NCBI GenBank assembly: GCA_023920165.1
Contig: CP089278.1
Location: 2,976,001 to 3,040,000 of the forward strand
Source: Curvularia clavata
Taxonomy: Eukaryota
Direction: 5' to 3'
DNA length: 64,000 nucleotides
The notes under the pieces are model-generated. The model worked only from the letters and a program-made list of their open reading frames with translations, ran no database searches and was not told where the DNA came from. Shown here piece after piece: positions 62,012-64,000 of the stretch (positions are counted from its first letter, which is position 1; each line of letters starts with the position of its first letter). The position numbers were made by a program, and so were the translations under genes.

Positions 62012-63280
62012 CGGTGGCCTTTTTGGGGGTACGGCAGTGATGATGAGGAGCTCGATCTGTATCGGCCTAGGGCTGGTTGGCGGCAGTGGCAGCGAGCGAG
62101 AGAAGCAAGAGAAAATCTGGACGAGACGATTGTGTTAGCATGGTGGTCGGAGGGTGCGAACAGATGGCGGGTGGTGGAGAGAGGTGGAGTGAGGGCAGGG
62201 TCGCAGGACGGAGGGCGGGCTGGTGGAGGCCAGGAAGGGAGCGGGATCAAGGGAGGCGGCATGGGAGGAGCCGCCTTGGAGGAGGTTGTGGGCGGCAGAG
62301 GCGGGCTTCAAAGGAGGAGCTGTACCTGGGATGAAAGGAAACGGGAGAAAGTATTAAACGGGTACGTGGAAAGAAACGTCGTCGTCGTCGAGCGCTGGGG
62401 AAGGCTGTCGTGAATTCGACGGAGATGGCAGCGTGTACCAAGCCTCCCGAGCAGACCCTCAGGCGTGCATTGGTCGAAGTACTGGGGTGGGTCGTCTGCT
62501 GCTGGAAACGACGAGGGATTCAAGAAGCAAGCAGAAAAGGAAAAGAATAGAGTGAGTGTCTTTGGAGGTTAGGGTTGGCGGTCGCGGTGAAGAGTTGAGG
62601 TTGTCAGGCAAAGGGGCCGCACTAGTCTGGGAGCACGCACGGGCGCGGTGCTAGGAGAGACTCAATTAGCTACTCACGCCAGACGACAACGGGGCATGTT
62701 GGCCTTGGTCTGCTCTCCACGGTGCCACGGCCACTGTCACGGTTGCGCTCACGGTCACGGGCTCCGTCGTCAGGGGGTGCCTGCGAGAGTATTTGGGTGC
62801 AGCCGTGCCTTTTGGGCGGACGCCGTGGTTTGGGGCCTGGGGCTGCCTGAGGCCACGGGCGGCCTGCTTACGTAGCCTCTAGAGCAGTGTGTTTACGCGC
62901 GTGCATGGCATTTAACCAGCCATGGAGCCGATCGCCCGTTGTGCTTGATCTGCCTCGGAGACGTTAAGAAAAAGAAGCATGGAGTTTCCGGCACTCTGCC
63001 TGCCATGGCATGGCAGCTTCACTCGCAACCCTGGCTGCGCCCCCTCCCCCCCGGCTATGTGCTCGGGCGCTGCCGGCGCAGCAAAACAAAAAGGCGGCCT
63101 GGCTACGCTTTTGGCCTTGTCTGCGACTGTTGTTGCCACCGCTGCTGCTGCTGCTGCTCCGAGACTTGTACCCTGGCGCTTCGGAAGCTTCTGGCTGCAC
63201 GGCAACGGCACACTGCAGAGGGCGACGACGGGCCACTGTGACGGTCGCAGGCAATATGCCGAAGCACCGAGGCAGAGGAG

Positions 63281-63312
63281 CGCAGAGCAGCGCAGAGCAG
63301 CGCAGAGCAGCA
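63281..63312. repeat. 10-bp minisatellite (CGCAGAGCAG) x ~3
   Basis: cgcagagcag cgcagagcag cgcagagcag read directly, in the BNI4 upstream region. Confidence 0.8.
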
Positions 63313-64000
63313 TCCTCTGGCGCAGTTGACGCGCCCGAATGCCATGTCCCAGGGTCTGCAGGCCGAGGATGGAGCTTGAGCGAGGTGGGAGGACGGGATG
63401 GAATTTGTGCCGTGCCAGGGAGTCTGTGGGTGGGGATGCAGCGCGCTGGCGAATGGCAGCGTGATTTGACGCGTGAAGGCCAAGCAAATACGACGCGATC
63501 TGGTAAACACTCTGGGAATGGCTCTCGAGGACAGCCAATGCCCAGAGGGCGGCCGGGGCGACCCACTCGACGCATCTGCGGCTGAGCGTTTGCAGCAACG
63601 GATGAATGGCCGCGGATGCGTCAAGTCGCTGATAAGACGGCCGGACCCCGCTTGTACTGTTCGTACAGAGACAAGGCAATGCCGTTGCCGTCCGTTGGCC
63701 GCTGGAATTGGGAGCACATGTTCACAGGGTCTGCCATACATGCGACTCCATGCATACACACCCTGCCCTGCCCTGCAACCCACCATAACACACGATACTA
63801 CGTACAATCCTTGCCCCTATTCTTGCTACTGCTGCTGCTGTCGCTGCTCGATGCACACTCTCGCCGCCCGATGCTCTTCCCACGCCCGTGTCCGCCAAGC
63901 CGTGTGGGGAAGCCAGCCAACGAGCACGCTGGCGACTGTGAGATGAGGCTTGTTTGATTTGCATGCATTGCACATGCCGTCATTTCCTGTCAAATGAAGC

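Noticed and set aside
1..64000. Secondary-metabolite cluster, transposon, CRISPR array, riboswitch or TGA-CTA readthrough peroxisomal extensions
   Set aside because: No backbone enzymes, transposase/RT motifs, spaced direct repeats or TPP aptamer motifs; the stop-codon contexts checked are not readthrough-type

Overview
Gene-dense, intron-containing eukaryotic DNA from a filamentous ascomycete. Short GT-AG introns with CTRAC/CTAAY branch sites and the gene content suggest a Dothideomycete/Pleosporales-like fungus (inference). About 23 protein-coding genes, mostly housekeeping: RPS22 (uS8), HSP104, SEC63, PBS2 MAPKK, an auxin-efflux-carrier-family transporter, choline/ethanolamine kinase, MIS12/MTW1, LAMMER kinase, class-III aminotransferase, SRP19/SEC65, a secreted aspartic protease, DBP6, SPT14/PIG-A, a DUF3455-type secreted protein, COY1/CASP, VPS3-like, prefoldin 4, a PhyH-family dioxygenase, RPS25 and BNI4-like. 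There is also an intracellular RING-like/LysM/UBA-like protein and an N/Q-rich repetitive secreted protein. No CRISPR array, intact transposon, rRNA, tRNA or secondary-metabolite cluster was seen, and no clear multi-gene novel system. The most interesting signals are: (1) an snR44-type H/ACA snoRNA in the RPS22 intron; (2) a LAMMER-kinase exon equivalent in sequence and phase to the autoregulated exon 4 of animal CLK1/4; (3) the RING-like + PY motifs + LysM + UBA-like architecture; (4) the Kex2-type N/Q-rich secreted protein with KAAD repeats; (5) decayed orphan gene relics. Exon coordinates were derived by eye from splice signals and reading frames, and family assignments come from motif recognition, not database searches.
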